Assembly (NCBI RefSeq): GCF_036675695.1
Contig: NZ_JAKFEL010000110.1
Location: 839-64,838, forward strand
DNA length: 64,000 nt
Direction: 5' to 3'
From: Aeromicrobium sp.
GTDB taxonomy: Bacteria > Actinomycetota > Actinomycetes > Propionibacteriales > Nocardioidaceae
Shown: piece by piece, positions 39,582-49,139 of the stretch
How positions within the stretch are numbered: the stretch's first letter is position 1
How the letters are laid out: each line of letters opens with the position of its first letter
The notes under the pieces: model-generated
The model's database searches: none
The model's input: only the letters and a program-made list of their open reading frames with translations
What the model was told of the DNA's origin: nothing
Program-made: the position numbers and the translations under genes

Positions 39582-40283
39582 TCAGTGGAACGTGTCGTTC
39601 GCGTTCTTGTTGGTGACCGCGAAGTCAAAGTTGTCCTTGTCCACGTCGTCACGGTTCGCCTGGCTGTGCTCGATGACGTCCTTCACGGCGAACTTGTCCT
39701 TGCCCTGACCGCCGGTCAGGTGGTCGTAGACCGGGTTGGTCTCGTGCGACTCGAGGGTGTCATCGCCGGCCTCGCCGTTGAGGTTGTCCTTGCCCTCACC
39801 TCCGTTGAGGTAGTCGTTGCCGTCGCCGCCGCGCAGCTCGTCGGAGCCGTCGTTCGCTCCGCCGAAGCTGACGAGAGTGTCGTTGCCCTCTTCGCCGCGG
39901 ATGGTGTCGCCGCCGGAGCCACCGTCGATGTAGTCGTTCTCGGTGCCGCCCATGATGAAGTCGTCGCCGGCTTCGCCATAGACAACGTCCTTGCCGCTGC
40001 CGGAGTAGATGTCGTCGTTGCCGTTGCCGCCGAAGACGGTGTCCGCGCCTTCACCGGGGTAGACCACGTCGTCGCCGCTGGAGGCGAAGATCGTGTCGTT
40101 GCCGGAGGTGCCGTAAATCTTGTCGTCACAGGCAGTGCCGTACGTGGTCTTGCCGGCCTTGGCGATGATGATGTTGCCGTCGGTGCAGGCAGCCTGGGCT
40201 GCGGTGCCAGTGACGGTCACGCCGACAACGGAGATGGCGCCGGCGAGAGCCAGTTTGGCGATGATGCGAGTGGTGTTCTTCAT
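39582..40283 (-). CDS. Secreted calcium-binding protein with RTX/hemolysin-type nonapeptide repeats
   Basis: Signal peptide ending AQA; repeated GGxGxDx(I/L)x units. Confidence 0.85.
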   Translation of the reverse strand: MKNTTRIIAKLALAGAISVVGVTVTGTAAQAACTDGNIIIAKAGKTTYGTACDDKIYGTSGNDTIFASSGDDVVYPGEGADTVFGGNGNDDIYSGSGKDVVYGEAGDDFIMGGTENDYIDGGSGGDTIRGEEGNDTLVSFGGANDGSDELRGGDGNDYLNGGEGKDNLNGEAGDDTLESHETNPVYDHLTGGQGKDKFAVKDVIEHSQANRDDVDKDNFDFAVTNKNANDTFH

Positions 40284-40571
40284 GATGATGTCCTTAGCTG
40301 AGTTGGTAGCTCCGGACATTTGCCGGGCTCACGTGTAAGAGCACCGGCCAACCAAAACCTTTCAACAATTTCCACGTTAGTTTCGAATCAGTGGCACCAG
40401 GGGTACGGCGAGCGGTCCGGCTACACCACGGTCGCACTCTATGACTCGGTCAATTCGGGCGTGGTCGAGAGCCAATCAATGCCGGCGACGCTGCGTGATC
40501 GCGACAAGTCCACATCTTCGGCAACCATGAGCAGTAGCATCAGTGACTGCCACCCAATCGAGAGCCTGTCT

Positions 40572-42491
40572 ATGACTGACGTTCAAGCCGACACTGACGC
40601 AGCAGCCGAAGAACGAGCCGAACTCGAGTGGTCGATTGCCGAGTTACTCTCGACGCTTTCCGAGGCAGCCGAGGTCCCGTCAGAGTTCGAAGCGCCGCCG
40701 AGCGCGTTCGGACCTGACGAGGTCGACTTCCAATCCAATGCATGGATGGCAATGGTCGAATCGGTTCAGGGTTGGCTTCGACTACCCGAAACCCTATCGA
40801 TGTCGTCGCCTCAAGAATTTGCTGAACTGCTAGTCGGCGGACTTGGGATGGGCAACGTCGATGACGGACTTGATGTAGTCGACGGCAACGTCCGCCTTAG
40901 CGACGACGGACTGGACAAGCTTCGCGAACGAGCCGAACGAGCTCGACAACTTCAGCAATCATTCTTGGAAGACCTCGAAACTGACGGCAGCAGCGTGGCC
41001 GCCGCCACGACGCAATGGGCCGAGTCCTGGGAAGAGACTCCGGAAGAAGAGGAGGAGGGAAGCGGGTCAGTCACGGCGAAGGCACACATTTGGGCAATTC
41101 AAGAGTTCAGTGGACGCGCCGAGCGCGGACGACTGGATCTCAGCCCGTCCTACCAGCGCGATGACGTATGGCCGACAAGCGATTCACAAATCTTGATCGA
41201 ATCGATACTTCGCGGAATCCCGCTCCCGTCAGTCATCATCCTCAAGCCGAAAGACCAGTTCACTGCCCCGTTTGAGGTCGTCGACGGCAAACAGCGGCTG
41301 ACAGCGATCTTGCGATTTATCGGGCGGCACCCACGCGCCCTCGAAGTTGTAAAGGATGCCGATGCCTTGCACCCAGACCATTCGCTATTGCAGACATTCC
41401 ACGCCGACTACCCAGCGTTCAAGCGGCTGTGGAAGAACCTGGTCGGCGAACCCCTGAACGCATCCAAGGAGAAAGAGTACTACTTTCCCTTCCGGCTCCG
41501 CAGTCACTCAAAGCCGCTTCAAGGCGCACTCGCCGGACTGCAGGGGAAGTACTACACGCAGATTCGGCTGATCCCGATCGAGATCGCTGAGGATCGAATT
41601 GAAGTGCAAGAGATCTTTGAATCTGGAGCAGCTGAGTACAAGATCCCGGTGCTCGAGTACTCGAGAGCGACGCGGCGACAAATTCATGAGGTCTTCAACC
41701 TCTACAACCGACAGGGTAAGCACCTCAACGCGGAGGAGATCCGCAACGCCCTATTCCACAACGTGGATCTAATGCGCGGTCTCATGGTTACCGGAGGGGA
41801 TAGCGGCCCGGTAGAAGTAGTCGCTCCATTCCTACTTCCAAAATGGGACGAACTAAGCAGCGTCCAATCGATGCTTGACTACTACTCCTTCGGTCGCAGC
41901 CGCTACCGACGCACCAAGGTCCTCTCCTGGATCGCATCGATTCTCTTTGTGGATTCAACCGGGCGGTTGCTCTCGACCGCGAAGCAGATCGACTCACTGC
42001 TTGAACGAATCGAGACCGCAGGCAAGTCACCTGCCGACCCTCTCGCGGATCCGAACACTCTTCTAGATGCACTTTGTTTGATGCAGCGAGGCATGACCGC
42101 GCACTCCGCGATAGACGAAGCATGGGCACCTGTTTTCAAGGACACCAAGCAAGGAGCCAAATGGCAGGAACTGCAGTTGGTCGCGAGCCTAATTGGAGTA
42201 ACAATCGCTGCGTCGATTCTTGGCGACAAGACGATAGACGCCCTCGAGGATGCCGCCCCCGAACTGCGCATGAAGACGGCACTCAAGAACGGTCGGGACG
42301 ATGTTGGTTGGAGACGTCCAAAGAAGACACAGACAGCAACGCAATGGGAGTACATCGCGACCGTCGCTATGCGAATTGTCGAAGAACTCGGCGTCGACCC
42401 CCTTGAGGCCGATACTGCGATGAAGTCACGGTTCGGCTTCTCCGGAGTCGCGTCTCTGAGGGCGGTGTATGACAGTGTCTCAAGCGAGTGA
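40572..42491 (+). CDS. DUF262 (GmrS-like, ParB/Srx-fold) domain protein
   Basis: PSYQRDDVW, LIESILRGIPLP, VVDGKQRLT, EVFNLYN; start uncertain (40478 or 40572). Confidence 0.8.
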   Translation: MTDVQADTDAAAEERAELEWSIAELLSTLSEAAEVPSEFEAPPSAFGPDEVDFQSNAWMAMVESVQGWLRLPETLSMSSPQEFAELLVGGLGMGNVDDGLDVVDGNVRLSDDGLDKLRERAERARQLQQSFLEDLETDGSSVAAATTQWAESWEETPEEEEEGSGSVTAKAHIWAIQEFSGRAERGRLDLSPSYQRDDVWPTSDSQILIESILRGIPLPSVIILKPKDQFTAPFEVVDGKQRLTAILRFIGRHPRALEVVKDADALHPDHSLLQTFHADYPAFKRLWKNLVGEPLNASKEKEYYFPFRLRSHSKPLQGALAGLQGKYYTQIRLIPIEIAEDRIEVQEIFESGAAEYKIPVLEYSRATRRQIHEVFNLYNRQGKHLNAEEIRNALFHNVDLMRGLMVTGGDSGPVEVVAPFLLPKWDELSSVQSMLDYYSFGRSRYRRTKVLSWIASILFVDSTGRLLSTAKQIDSLLERIETAGKSPADPLADPNTLLDALCLMQRGMTAHSAIDEAWAPVFKDTKQGAKWQELQLVASLIGVTIAASILGDKTIDALEDAAPELRMKTALKNGRDDVGWRRPKKTQTATQWEYIATVAMRIVEELGVDPLEADTAMKSRFGFSGVASLRAVYDSVSSE

Positions 42492-45321
42492 GACTCCTCC
42501 GGCAATCACGGAGGAAGTCTCACTGCGTCCAATCACCCAGCCGGCCGCTCCATCGCATTCATGGTGGGCGGACTATGAGGACAAACTCGCCGATTCCTTG
42601 ATATCAGAGACGTCACAGAGGATTCTCCGCGCCGATTGCGGCTACATCGTGGAGCACGGGGTCTTTGGTTCTGGGGATCCCGGCTCGGAAACTTGGCCAG
42701 CTGACGGGCTACGCCGGGGTCTTGTGATGGGTTCCGTCCAATCGGGAAAAACTGCATCAATGCTCGGAGTCGCGGCTCTCGGCCTCGATGCTGGCGTGGA
42801 TGCAATAGTTCTGCTCGCTGGCACCCAGACAGCACTCTGGGATCAAACGTACGACCGATTTCGCGCCCAGTTGGACTACCAAGGCTCGGAGTTCGAGCGA
42901 GAACGACGCCGCGTACTCCTCCCTAACCCTCAACACCGGACGAACGGCGAATACACCGACACACCGCTGTCGCGGATGTACGCATTCAGTGAGCAGAAGG
43001 CTCGAAGGTCGATAAGTCGCCGGGTTCCGATCGTCGCAATCGTGATGAAGAACGTCCATCACCTACGAGCCTTCTCTGAGACAGTGCAGGCACAGCTCAT
43101 GCCGGCCATCGTCGATCTAGATCGCCCCTATCATCTGTTGGTTCTGGACGATGAGGCCGATGACGGTTCGATACTTGATGCAAGGGTCGAAAGTGGGCTC
43201 GACCCAAGAACGTCAGACCTTAAACAGATCCCCCGGGCAATAGTCGATATGTGGGAGCGCCGACCACACAAGGGGGCCACCGCCGCCCCCAACCTCGCCG
43301 TGACATACATCGGCTACACGGCCACGCCCCAAGCAAACTTTCTTCAGTCAGATCACAATCCGCTTGCACCGAGAGAGTTCGTCGTTTCACTTCGAACTCC
43401 CTACGACAGCGGCAACGAAGCCCCACGAACAACAACGTTCCACGAACCGACGGGAATCAAGGCCTACTACACCGGAGGCGAAATCTACTATCGCCGCTTG
43501 GCCGCCCCTTCGCTTTGCGTCAGCACTTCTGGCGCAATTGAAGAAGATATCGCCTCGGCGGTAAGGGCGTTCTTGATGGCGGGCGCGATTCGCCTCTGGC
43601 GCGAGGGGACCCGACTACTCCCGTCACAGGCGCGGGCCACAAGTTTCGATTCGCCCAACGCGGCTCGCTCTCACTCCCCTCGGCCACATTCGATGCTCTT
43701 CCACCCATCTGCTTCGGTCCAGGATCATTTCGAAGCAGCCGCCGCAATTCTCATGTGGGCCGCTGACCTGGATTTGGCATCCGCGACCTCGCGACTGGCT
43801 GCCGGCCAGCGTGACCTGCCGGTCCAAGAACTCACAGAAATGATCGAGTCGGATGAGGCACCGTGGCGGGCATGGATTCTCAACTACCAAGAGTCCGCAG
43901 AAGCCGTTCAGTTCTCGTTTGATCTGTCCTCCAGTCCAGTCGTGCCGACTGATGCAGATTGGGCGGAGATCAAACAACTCCTGCTCGCTGAGGTCCTTCC
44001 TGCCACGAGGATCGCAATTGTCAACAGTGACCCCGCCGCTGACGATCGTCCGGAGTTCGACCCATACGAAGACCGGGACGGATGGCAGGCACCGACGGAC
44101 CTCTCAACAATATTCGTGTCCGGAAACGTAATGTCACGAGGATTAACGCTAGAAGGTCTCACCACCACCCTGTTTCTTCGGCACTCGCATACGCCCTTCG
44201 CCGACACCCAGGCGCAAATGCAACGCTGGTTCGGCTACCGCGGCGAACACCTCGAACTCAATCGTGTATTCCTTCCGGCTGAGCAACTGAATCTCTTCCG
44301 TGCCTATCACGAGAATGATGAAGCACTACGTCGCCAAGTGATCGCAGCCATGAACACAACGCCCGGATCGGCACCGAACTCAACAGTTCTTTCAGGACTG
44401 AGTTTCCATTCAACGGGCAAGCTAGCGGATGTTCAGAACATTCCTCTTTGCCCCTCTGCAGCTCCATTCATTCGAATTCTGAATGACGGAGCGGACGAGG
44501 ACCCAAACACACAACTCGTCTCGGAAACACTTCGGCAGTTCGGCTCCGACGCAGTTACAGTCAACGGGCGGACTCGGGGCCGGATTCTGAAGGAACCCTT
44601 CACATTGCTCGAGGCGGCTTCTCTACTCGATCAGTTGCGGTACGACCGGTACCACCCGGGACCTGACACCTGGCAGGCAGATCGTTGGCGCGCACTGGAG
44701 AGCCATCTTGGTCTTGATGAGTCGTCAGACACTGAGCATCTTCTCCCCCTCTATCGACCACCCCACATCGACGATCGTGGTTCGACCGAAGCGCGTACTG
44801 ACTGTCCATATGCAATCAGCGCCTACCTGAGGGTGTGGCACGCCTGTCTCACGCGAAGAGCACGAGGCCTATTTGGTACTGACGACGCGGATATCCCATG
44901 GTCGATGGTCGATCTGGCCGAGAAGAGTCGTACCCAGCCTGCGTTCTACATCGGCGTCCGGTACGGGTCAGGTCCGACCATCTCTCGAGGTGCCCTCGCG
45001 AAACTTCCCTTTGAGATGCAGTCAATGAGGCGTGATATTCAAGGCGGAGAACTAACGGGAGCCTGGGGTTCTCGAAACCCGGGGCAAGGGGACGGGGGCT
45101 ACTTTGGCGACCAGTTCTTCGACTATCACGCACGCGGCGCTCAACCACCGCCATCGGCAGCTGGCGACAACGAGTGGCGTCCTGCAGGAGCGCCAGGTCT
45201 AATTCTCTTCCACTTGATCGACCGTGGAACCGATCATGCGCCTGCAACTGCCGTTGGCGTGGTTTTGCCGATCGGCGGGCCAGATCAGTTTGCTGCCTGG
45301 TCGCGAAAGGCTCGCTCGTGA
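42469..45321 (+). CDS. Z1-domain protein with N-terminal SF2 helicase-like module
   Basis: GSVQSGKT (Walker A), LDDEAD, YTATPQAN, HSMLFH, GNVMSRGLTLEGL, QMQRWFGYR. Confidence 0.85.
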   Translation: MTVSQASETPPAITEEVSLRPITQPAAPSHSWWADYEDKLADSLISETSQRILRADCGYIVEHGVFGSGDPGSETWPADGLRRGLVMGSVQSGKTASMLGVAALGLDAGVDAIVLLAGTQTALWDQTYDRFRAQLDYQGSEFERERRRVLLPNPQHRTNGEYTDTPLSRMYAFSEQKARRSISRRVPIVAIVMKNVHHLRAFSETVQAQLMPAIVDLDRPYHLLVLDDEADDGSILDARVESGLDPRTSDLKQIPRAIVDMWERRPHKGATAAPNLAVTYIGYTATPQANFLQSDHNPLAPREFVVSLRTPYDSGNEAPRTTTFHEPTGIKAYYTGGEIYYRRLAAPSLCVSTSGAIEEDIASAVRAFLMAGAIRLWREGTRLLPSQARATSFDSPNAARSHSPRPHSMLFHPSASVQDHFEAAAAILMWAADLDLASATSRLAAGQRDLPVQELTEMIESDEAPWRAWILNYQESAEAVQFSFDLSSSPVVPTDADWAEIKQLLLAEVLPATRIAIVNSDPAADDRPEFDPYEDRDGWQAPTDLSTIFVSGNVMSRGLTLEGLTTTLFLRHSHTPFADTQAQMQRWFGYRGEHLELNRVFLPAEQLNLFRAYHENDEALRRQVIAAMNTTPGSAPNSTVLSGLSFHSTGKLADVQNIPLCPSAAPFIRILNDGADEDPNTQLVSETLRQFGSDAVTVNGRTRGRILKEPFTLLEAASLLDQLRYDRYHPGPDTWQADRWRALESHLGLDESSDTEHLLPLYRPPHIDDRGSTEARTDCPYAISAYLRVWHACLTRRARGLFGTDDADIPWSMVDLAEKSRTQPAFYIGVRYGSGPTISRGALAKLPFEMQSMRRDIQGGELTGAWGSRNPGQGDGGYFGDQFFDYHARGAQPPPSAAGDNEWRPAGAPGLILFHLIDRGTDHAPATAVGVVLPIGGPDQFAAWSRKARS

Positions 45322-46415
45322 CATCTACCTACGAGCACCAACTGAGGTTGATTGGCGACCTCGTCTGGCCAGAATCCCCAGACGGTCGAGTAGTGACATG
45401 GTGCGACGGTAGCGGGCCCGTTGGTGTTGCCCGGAGCCCAGCGGGGCGCATTGAGATATTCCTCCAGGGTCCTCCGTTGGAGGCCAAGTCCAGGTCGCTA
45501 CGAGGCAAACTCGAATACCAGACCTGGTACCGCGGCGACGGCGACGAAGGGTTCCCCGCAACAAGAATCCTCCTGCCCCCCGCAGGGCATTTTGACCAGG
45601 TCGCGGCATTCATTTGCATTGAGCTGATTCGAAACGGTGCCTCAAACGATCTGAAGAAAGCGTTCGCTCGAACTGAAGCGCTCATCGACCTAGCGATCGA
45701 AAGACTTCGAATGGCGGACGAGGCCATAGTTGGCCTGTGCGGCGAGATGTTGTTGTTGCGCGCTTTGGTGACGGCCGCTGACCCAGCCCAGACCACGAAT
45801 GTCGTCGAATCATGGAAGGGGTTTCGAGAGACCGCGCGTGACTTCCAGCTTGGACAAGTCGGGCTAGAGGTCAAAACAACGACTGGTCTCGCGTCATCAC
45901 ATCCGATCCAGGGCGTGCACCAGGTCGAAGTCGGACATGGCGTTGACGGCGTCGCCGAATCTGACTTCTTCTTAGTTAGTATCGGCATTCACAGGCTGAA
46001 CCCTCATGAGGATGGCGACTCGACGTCTCTTGCCGCCCTGGTCGATGACATCCTGAATTCTCTGCGCACGTCGACGGCCCCGAATTCACGAGCCGTTGAA
46101 GACAGTTTCTTGCGAGCGCTAACTCAGTATGGTTCGCCGGTTGATCTCGGATACGACCACGCGGTGACAGCAGGCGACAGTGTTCTTGCGCGTCCATTCC
46201 GGCAAACCTTTGTACGCTGCTATGACATGAGCGATGTAAACATTCAGGTTATCGATAGCGACCAGGTTCGCTCGAAGCCTAATGTCGAACTCCCCTCGCT
46301 GAGTTACCGAATCAACCTTCCCGAACAGGTGAGCGGAGATGTCAATCCCGTGGCAGGACTGAACGTCGCCGCCGATCACGTGCTGCGACGCGCCAACTGG
46401 AGCCACACGCACTGA
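45318..46415 (+). CDS. PD-(D/E)XK motif protein (DUF4420-like)
   Basis: GLCGEMLLL...W.G...ARDF...GLEVKTT; GTGA overlap with the Z1 stop. Confidence 0.78.
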   Translation: MTSTYEHQLRLIGDLVWPESPDGRVVTWCDGSGPVGVARSPAGRIEIFLQGPPLEAKSRSLRGKLEYQTWYRGDGDEGFPATRILLPPAGHFDQVAAFICIELIRNGASNDLKKAFARTEALIDLAIERLRMADEAIVGLCGEMLLLRALVTAADPAQTTNVVESWKGFRETARDFQLGQVGLEVKTTTGLASSHPIQGVHQVEVGHGVDGVAESDFFLVSIGIHRLNPHEDGDSTSLAALVDDILNSLRTSTAPNSRAVEDSFLRALTQYGSPVDLGYDHAVTAGDSVLARPFRQTFVRCYDMSDVNIQVIDSDQVRSKPNVELPSLSYRINLPEQVSGDVNPVAGLNVAADHVLRRANWSHTH

Positions 46416-46489
46416 GTCATGCAGTTTGGCCAGTACCCGAGCTCTCCCAACTCAACGCAGCAAGCGCGGACAATTCCCGTGGTTGAACA

Positions 46490-47797
46490 TCAATCTGGTT
46501 GTGGGATCCGAGGACAGGGCGGCGATGCTTCTACGGCACGCACGAGCTCCGCTCCACCAGTCGCTTCGCGGATCTCGTCAGCATCGCGAAGTACGTGTTT
46601 GCGGAATGCGTAGTACGCGGCTCCCACGTTGATGGCATTGCCGAGCTGTCGGTACGAACGTGTGTCCGATTGATGATCGAATGTGAACCAGTCAGGAAAC
46701 CCCTGTAGTTGTGCCGTCTCTTTGGGGGTCATTCGGCGACCTAGAGGGCCTAGTAGAGGGGTCTGCGCCATCGCGACAAGGGCAGGCGTGTACGTCATAC
46801 GCTTGACACGGATGCCCGACGGGCGAAGATGCAGCAGGCACTTAGTCAGATCCCTAGGCGAATCCTGAGCTTGCCATTCAAACTTCTGCCTGCTCTTGGG
46901 AAAAGTTCGAAGACGCGGGTTTGCTTCAATCCAGCCTCGAATAGACGCACGATTGCTCGCGTAGAAGTCAATGTTCTTTTGCTCATAGGCCTGCTTCCAA
47001 GCCGGGGACTGAGCAGTAACTGTGGCATCGTCTTCCCAGTAACTAGACCACATCGGAAAACTCGGTAGTTTTACATTTCCGATCCGGCGCAGGAAGTCAT
47101 TCCACACCTCAATCCACTCAATTTCCTCTGCGGTGAATGCATATTGCGTAGAAGTTCCACTCGGTTCGGTTCCGACCAGATCCTCGAGGTTCCACCGATC
47201 GGGAGACCAATCCTGCTCTGGGATTCGCTCGACGACAGGGTCAACGTCGGTTTCATGCAAAGCGCGTTCCCTACCGACGTAGGTCCCAAGGATGTAGACG
47301 CGCTCCCGCGACTGCGGTGCTCCTCCAAGATGCGGCGGAAGCCTGTGGGGACTAACTATGCATGGCTCCGACGGGACTCTGTAGCCCGCTTCGCGGAGCC
47401 CTTCGACGATCGCTTGCCACGTCGCCTTCTGCCGAGGTCCAGTTATGTTTCGGACATTCTCCAAGGCAACCACCGCCGGGCGATATTCAGCCAGGATCTT
47501 GACAATTTCGTGGAACAACTGTCCGCGCTCTTCGCCCATCCCCCTCTGACGACCTGACTTACTAAACGGCTGACAAGGAAATCCACCAGCCAAGACCGTG
47601 TGATCACCAATCTCCGCAAGCCGTTCGCTGGCCATCGTCACGACATCGTGCTCGGGATCCGAACCCCAGTTTCGCTTATAGGTCTCACGAGCATGGGGAT
47701 CGATCTCGACCGCCATGCGCAACTCACCACCGAGTGCTGACATGGTCGCGTGAAATCCACCAATACCCGCGAATAGATCGACGAATGCAAAGCTCAC
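46490..47797 (-). CDS. dcm: DNA (cytosine-5)-methyltransferase
   Basis: FVDLFAGIGG, GFPCQPFS, LENVRNI, QSRERVYI, YRQLGNAINV. Confidence 0.93.
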   Translation of the reverse strand: MSFAFVDLFAGIGGFHATMSALGGELRMAVEIDPHARETYKRNWGSDPEHDVVTMASERLAEIGDHTVLAGGFPCQPFSKSGRQRGMGEERGQLFHEIVKILAEYRPAVVALENVRNITGPRQKATWQAIVEGLREAGYRVPSEPCIVSPHRLPPHLGGAPQSRERVYILGTYVGRERALHETDVDPVVERIPEQDWSPDRWNLEDLVGTEPSGTSTQYAFTAEEIEWIEVWNDFLRRIGNVKLPSFPMWSSYWEDDATVTAQSPAWKQAYEQKNIDFYASNRASIRGWIEANPRLRTFPKSRQKFEWQAQDSPRDLTKCLLHLRPSGIRVKRMTYTPALVAMAQTPLLGPLGRRMTPKETAQLQGFPDWFTFDHQSDTRSYRQLGNAINVGAAYYAFRKHVLRDADEIREATGGAELVRAVEASPPCPRIPQPD

Positions 47798-47878
47798 TTT
47801 GCGAGCTTACTGGTCGGAAGCGACAAAATCTCGCTTATCCCGTTGGACTGGACGGACCGTTGGTCAACGGCTGCCGCA

Positions 47879-48964
47879 TTAGTCGCCGAGAACGAGCGCC
47901 GCATCTTCAAATCTCTGCGGGTCAATCCTGTGAAGCAAACGCCGAGTAAGGGCGTCACGGGTCTGGCGTCGTGTCACGATCGACGAACCCAACATGACGA
48001 TCCCCTGCCATTCGGGGTTGGTCTTCGCCCAGTCTACTGATTTCAGCGAATCCAGTAGCGACAGGTCGTGCCGCTTTGACCACTCCGCACTCGAAGATAT
48101 GCCGAACAGTTGGCGACCAACCGCTCCGAGTGCATAGAACGCAACCGAGTGAGTCGCTACGTATTCAACGCGCGCTTCCGAAGGTTTGATCATCTCGTCA
48201 CGGACGAGCCGCCAGGGCTCAACCACGTCAGTAACCTTTGACCAGTACGCCGTCGAGAATTCTTCCGCGGCCTCTAACTCGTCACTATCTGTCGTCAATC
48301 GCGACACGACGGGTTTCCCACCAAGGAGTTGCCCACAAGCATCGTAGAGAGATGAAAGCGTCACGAACTTTGCAGATCGCAACGCGAGCGAGGTCGAACT
48401 CTTTTCGACACGACTCTTGAAGACTGGAACGCGGTTACCCACGGTCAGCACCACAGAGTTCAGTGGGTCTGTGTGATCGTAAAGAATATCCAGCGAACGA
48501 CTCGTCTTTTGCACCGTCCGGTTGAGATCGCTGAAGACTTGCTGATTGCGCTCGAGGTCTTCGAATGGAATCAGCATCACGCCAATGCTCTGATCTCTCA
48601 AAGTTGGGTTACTGACAATCGCTCGGCGGATAGCGGCCAGACGGTGTTGCCCGTCGACGATTACGAATTGAGCGTCTTCGTCGAGTAGAAGCTTCCCCGA
48701 AGCGCCATTCTGCGGAACAAACTCGTACTCGCTATCGAACGAAGCAGTCAGACTCCCGAAGACCCAGTCGCTGTCCCGGTCCAGCACGTAGTCGGCGATC
48801 TCCGGAACGCGCTTCTCGTTCAAAATCCGCTGGGAGCGCAACTCAGGCGGTAGGTCCGGGGGGGTTGCATCAAAGTAGCGAACGACCCGCTTCAACGGCA
48901 GAACTGTCATGAAGAAGTCGCGGTCACCCATTCGACCAGCAACAGCTGAAAAGCTCAGACTCAT
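47879..48964 (-). CDS. DndB-like / DGQHR-domain protein
   Basis: QRILNEKRV.EI..Y, WVFGSLTAS, IVDGQHRLAAI, QQVFSDLNR. Confidence 0.82.
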   Translation of the reverse strand: MSLSFSAVAGRMGDRDFFMTVLPLKRVVRYFDATPPDLPPELRSQRILNEKRVPEIADYVLDRDSDWVFGSLTASFDSEYEFVPQNGASGKLLLDEDAQFVIVDGQHRLAAIRRAIVSNPTLRDQSIGVMLIPFEDLERNQQVFSDLNRTVQKTSRSLDILYDHTDPLNSVVLTVGNRVPVFKSRVEKSSTSLALRSAKFVTLSSLYDACGQLLGGKPVVSRLTTDSDELEAAEEFSTAYWSKVTDVVEPWRLVRDEMIKPSEARVEYVATHSVAFYALGAVGRQLFGISSSAEWSKRHDLSLLDSLKSVDWAKTNPEWQGIVMLGSSIVTRRQTRDALTRRLLHRIDPQRFEDAALVLGD

Positions 48965-49139
48965 CTCTAACCCTGTCTGCTACGAATTGCGTCCGTATGC
49001 GCGAGGACCCCTCCCCCGGCGCCGCGACTTACGAATGCCTCGGCTCTCCGGGGGGAGAGGTTAAACCTCGTGCACAACTGAATACTATCCAGACGAAGCG
49101 TACAAGCGCAAGCCCCGAGACGTACACAAAACGTACATC

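Larger units (their letters stand above)
40320..49139. other. Horizontally acquired island, candidate defence locus
   Basis: Visibly more A/T at third codon positions than flanks; RM/defence-type gene content; no integrase or att repeats found. Confidence 0.75.

Noticed and set aside
40320-49139. Prophage or integrative element
   Set aside because: No integrase, recombinase, structural genes, tRNA target or flanking direct repeats were found.
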